Assembly (NCBI RefSeq): GCF_009914755.1
Contig: NC_060939.1
Reading direction: 5' to 3' (one strand)
Source: the human T2T-CHM13v2.0 reference genome, Homo sapiens
DNA length: 64,000 nt
Every line of letters begins with the position of its first letter. Position 1 is the first letter of the stretch. A model generated the notes under the pieces. That model ran no database searches and had not been told where the DNA came from. It was given only the letters and a program-made list of their open reading frames with translations. This document shows positions 58,464-64,000 of the stretch, one piece after another. Position numbers and translations under genes: made by a program.

Positions 58464-59469
58464 TTAGAGACCTCAATATTTAAGAGTGTAAAGGGATCCT
58501 GAAACTAAAACATTTGAGAATCACTGGTATAGATAGAGCAGTACTGTTACTGGCTGCCTAGCTAGCTTGCTCCAGGGATGCTATGCTATCAACCATCTTC
58601 AACCATGGTCCTCTACTGGCCAGGACTGCCCCCACTGCCACTCCAACTTGCTGCTTATTACAACAGTTGTGCTGTCTAGCTTCTATGATTTCATGGTCCT
58701 ATCATCCCCACTGCTATCTGGAGCCAGTTCTGGAATGGCCTCTTGCTGTCAGGCATGGCTTACAGAGGACAGTCCAAACTCAGCTTCTCAGGGATGCTGG
58801 TACCGCTCTCACCAGTGTGTTCCTTGTTGCTTTGGTAACTAGAGTATCCTCTGGGCCTTCCTGCAGAACTTAAGTGGTTTCTGGCCTTACATAGAATATA
58901 CCCATTTCTGTGAGCTTTTGAACCCTTCTTCCACATTCTGCTGTGGTAGTTCTGGCATTTCCATTACACTCTGGTGGCCATTGCCTTCCTCCTGTCTCCC
59001 AGGATCCTTGTCAGGATATCACATCCTGATTCACAGGAGAATACTCCTATAACAACGAAGTATCCCTTGTTCAACTTAATGTGTGGCACCACACCCCACC
59101 TTGATCTAGCCTATACATTCGCTCCTGGATCCTGCCAGTATATACTGGCTACTTCCGCAACTACTTCATGGTCTAGCCTTCTTCCCTAGTGGGCCCCTGC
59201 ACATCTCTGACTGGGCTTTATTGTGATCTGGCTCTATGTATTGGGCTTGTAGGCCAGGACAGAGAGGCAGCTTCCTTTGGTGTCAGAAGGCAAGTCCCAG
59301 TGACAGTTGCAGCTGAGCCATCATAGCCAACACTCCTGACAATTGGAAGAATGAGCACCTCCCTCCTGAGGCTGACCCGGGTAGTAACCCCCAATATCCA
59401 CTATAGAGACAAAGTCTAGCTTTGCCTATGAGACAGAGCAGAACCAGGATCAAGAGCTTAATGCCCTGG

Positions 59470-59680
59470 AGTCAGAGGTCTGAATTCCATCAGGGCTTTT
59501 GAATTCCAAGGCATTAGGACTATGTGACCTTGAGCAAGTTCCTGGCCCTTTCTGAGGCAGGGACTTCATCTGTGAAATGAAGATAAACAGTACTACCTGA
59601 TAGGTCATTGGGAGACAAATAAGACAAGGAATGTAAAGGCTTGGTATAGTGCCTAGCACATTCTAAGGGCACTGTTATTG
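59470..59680 (+). mobile_element. MIR
   Basis: ctatgtgaccttgagcaagtt...ttcatctgtgaaatgaagataa. Confidence 0.65.
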
Positions 59681-59936
59681 TCATAATTGGTCAGAACTTT
59701 CCAAAGCCAAAAAGGGCTGCCTCAGGGAGCAGACAGTAAGGTATGCCACCATCCCAGATGGTCTTTGGGCTGACGCTGCTGAGTGCTCCCCAGGGATTTT
59801 GTGGAGGAGGCTCTAGGGCCCACAGGGGTATTCACAAAAGATGACTTTTGGGGCCCATTCTGTCCCCAAGCTGCCTTGATTCTCTGATTTCTCTGATCCC
59901 TGCCTGTTCTTAGTGGGGGGAGGCATATTCACTTTC

Positions 59937-59955
59937 AGGCCACTAGGGGGCCATT
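59937..59955 (+). promoter_or_regulatory. CTCF-like motif
   Basis: GGCCACTAGGGGGCCA. Confidence 0.45.
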
Positions 59956-60250
59956 TAGTTTTCTGCAACAGGAGAACACTAATGGTTTCTTAATGGCTCA
60001 GGCACCGGGGAGATCAGGCTCAATTATATCTGAAAGCATTCTTAGTTCCTGGGGTAAAAGACACTATGTAAATCCAGACAATAAATAGGGATTACTGATG
60101 ACAGGTTAAAGAATCTGGCACTGTTTCGTTTAGAAAAGACAGAGTGAGAGGAATTGAATAAAGGCTTCAAGTATATTATTCTTTGGTACAGAAGAGTGAC
60201 ATGCTGTTTTCCCACTCCACTAAGAACCAAGCAAGAAGAAAGGCATTTAA

Positions 60251-60755
<505 letters not shown>

Positions 60756-61097
60756 GACAATTCAGGAATTTTAAGTCAACAGGCTGCCCTGGCTGACCTA
60801 GGAGCAGGGTGGAGGAGTGAGTTATTTCTTCCCCATCAACCCACAAAAGGCCATAAACACTCCACACTACCAATATCCTTGAAATTTCTCAGAAAGTAAA
60901 AAAAACAGCTTTTTCCTTGAAATAGCATCTGGCTAGCCATTACTAGTGGCAGCCCCACACCTGGGCCTGGATCAGGAATGAGACTGAGGCTGGGTTAGAG
61001 GCCTGTGGTTCCAGCAGTCCACTAGCACACTCAGTTCTGGTAGCCACTTGACTTCTGTGCTGCTGAGGTGGGCAAGGCAGCTGTTTTGGGAGGGCTT

Positions 61098-61101
<4 letters not shown>

Positions 61102-61141
<40 letters not shown>
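61102..61141 (+). repeat. (GT)20 microsatellite
   Basis: Direct reading. Confidence 0.97.
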
Positions 61142-61143
<2 letters not shown>

Positions 61144-61849
61144 GGGGGGTCCTCTGGAAGCCAAAGATTCCTGGAGGAGGGGGGGAAGTGAGAAGGGCAG
61201 AGGGGATCCTGCCCCACAGGGTAGAAGCCAGGTCAGGCTCACACTTGCAGGGGCTTGAGGGAGGGTTCACCCACAGAACCCCATCAGAACCACAGTTCTG
61301 TTCCCCAACACACGCCCAGACAAGTCTCCCTCACTCATTCAGACACCCAGGCAGTCCATATGCCCAGTTCTGGGAACACAGGAAGTAGCATCCAAGGAGG
61401 AGGGAACCAGAATTCTGGAAAGCCTTATAGAGAGGGAATGGGGAGGAGAGAAGGCAGGGAGAGCAGAGAGCGGAAGGAGGGGGAGGGCACAAGTAAAGCC
61501 GCAAGGGAGAGTCTGAGCATGAAGGGTTGTTAGCACCTAGGGGGTCCAAAGACCAGGCACAGAGCCCACTGCCTGGCGCCTGGCCTGGAGCCAAAGAAGA
61601 CAAACCTCACATGGGAAAGTGGGGAGGGGACAACCGCCCAAGCCTTGAGGTCTGGAGGGGATCTGAGAGTGAAAACGCTCTAGGAGTCCTGAGAGTTAAA
61701 CTCCTCAGGTTCAGTGCAGCTCCTTGGGTCCAAATCCAGGCCAAAACCAGGAATTGGAAGACCCAAAAAGCGGGACCAGCGACCTGCGGCGAACTTTGGG
61801 ACTAAGGTGGCAAGCGAGTCTGGAGAACAGCTCAGTCCGTGGCTCTGTC

Positions 61850-63700
<1,851 letters not shown>

Positions 63701-64000
63701 TGTATCCTACATGCAGGGGTGACTGGGGCTTTCCCCCAAGACTCAGGGGAAGGATGGAGCTGTAGGGGCTCTTTTTAAGTAAGCTGAAGCTCTCGAAAGG
63801 AGGAGGGCACCAAAAGTAGTGGAGCTCAGGTACGTCAACCTAGTTGCAGTGGCCAGAGATGCATTAAATTTCTAGATCCCTGTATATAGTTGTTGACATA
63901 TGCACTAGAAGCTATAATCACATAGAATTCTATGTATATCCTCCCACACCCTGGGTAGCTACTGACTGAAGGGGTCAAGCAAGGGCTATTTGCTGTCCCC

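Overview
Human-like GC-rich genomic DNA with the gene order PAK6 / ANKRD63 / PLCB2 / INAFM2 (the chr15q15.1 locus, recognised from the protein sequences). It holds the full coding region of PAK6 (+, 8 coding exons, 681 aa), single-exon ANKRD63 (-, 380 aa), all 32 coding exons of PLCB2 (-, 1185 aa) and single-exon INAFM2 (+, 153 aa). Between PLCB2 and INAFM2 lie a processed RPLP0 pseudogene fused to an Alu monomer and a decayed ERVL provirus interrupted by a hAT-Charlie transposon that itself carries Alus. There are many Alu, L1, L2, MIR and MER repeats. I did not find a new protein-coding system. The most notable structure is a cluster of unusual splicing features in the PLCB2 catalytic core (exons 13-20). 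It comprises a U12-type intron, a ~118-bp degenerate copy of that intron's acceptor pasted into an upstream intron, a perfect 11-bp hairpin over the exon-16 donor, a GC-AG intron, and an in-frame stop-free intron in the X-Y linker. Exon coordinates were derived by hand from splice signals and frame arithmetic. Repeat subfamily calls are from memory of consensus sequences, not from a search.
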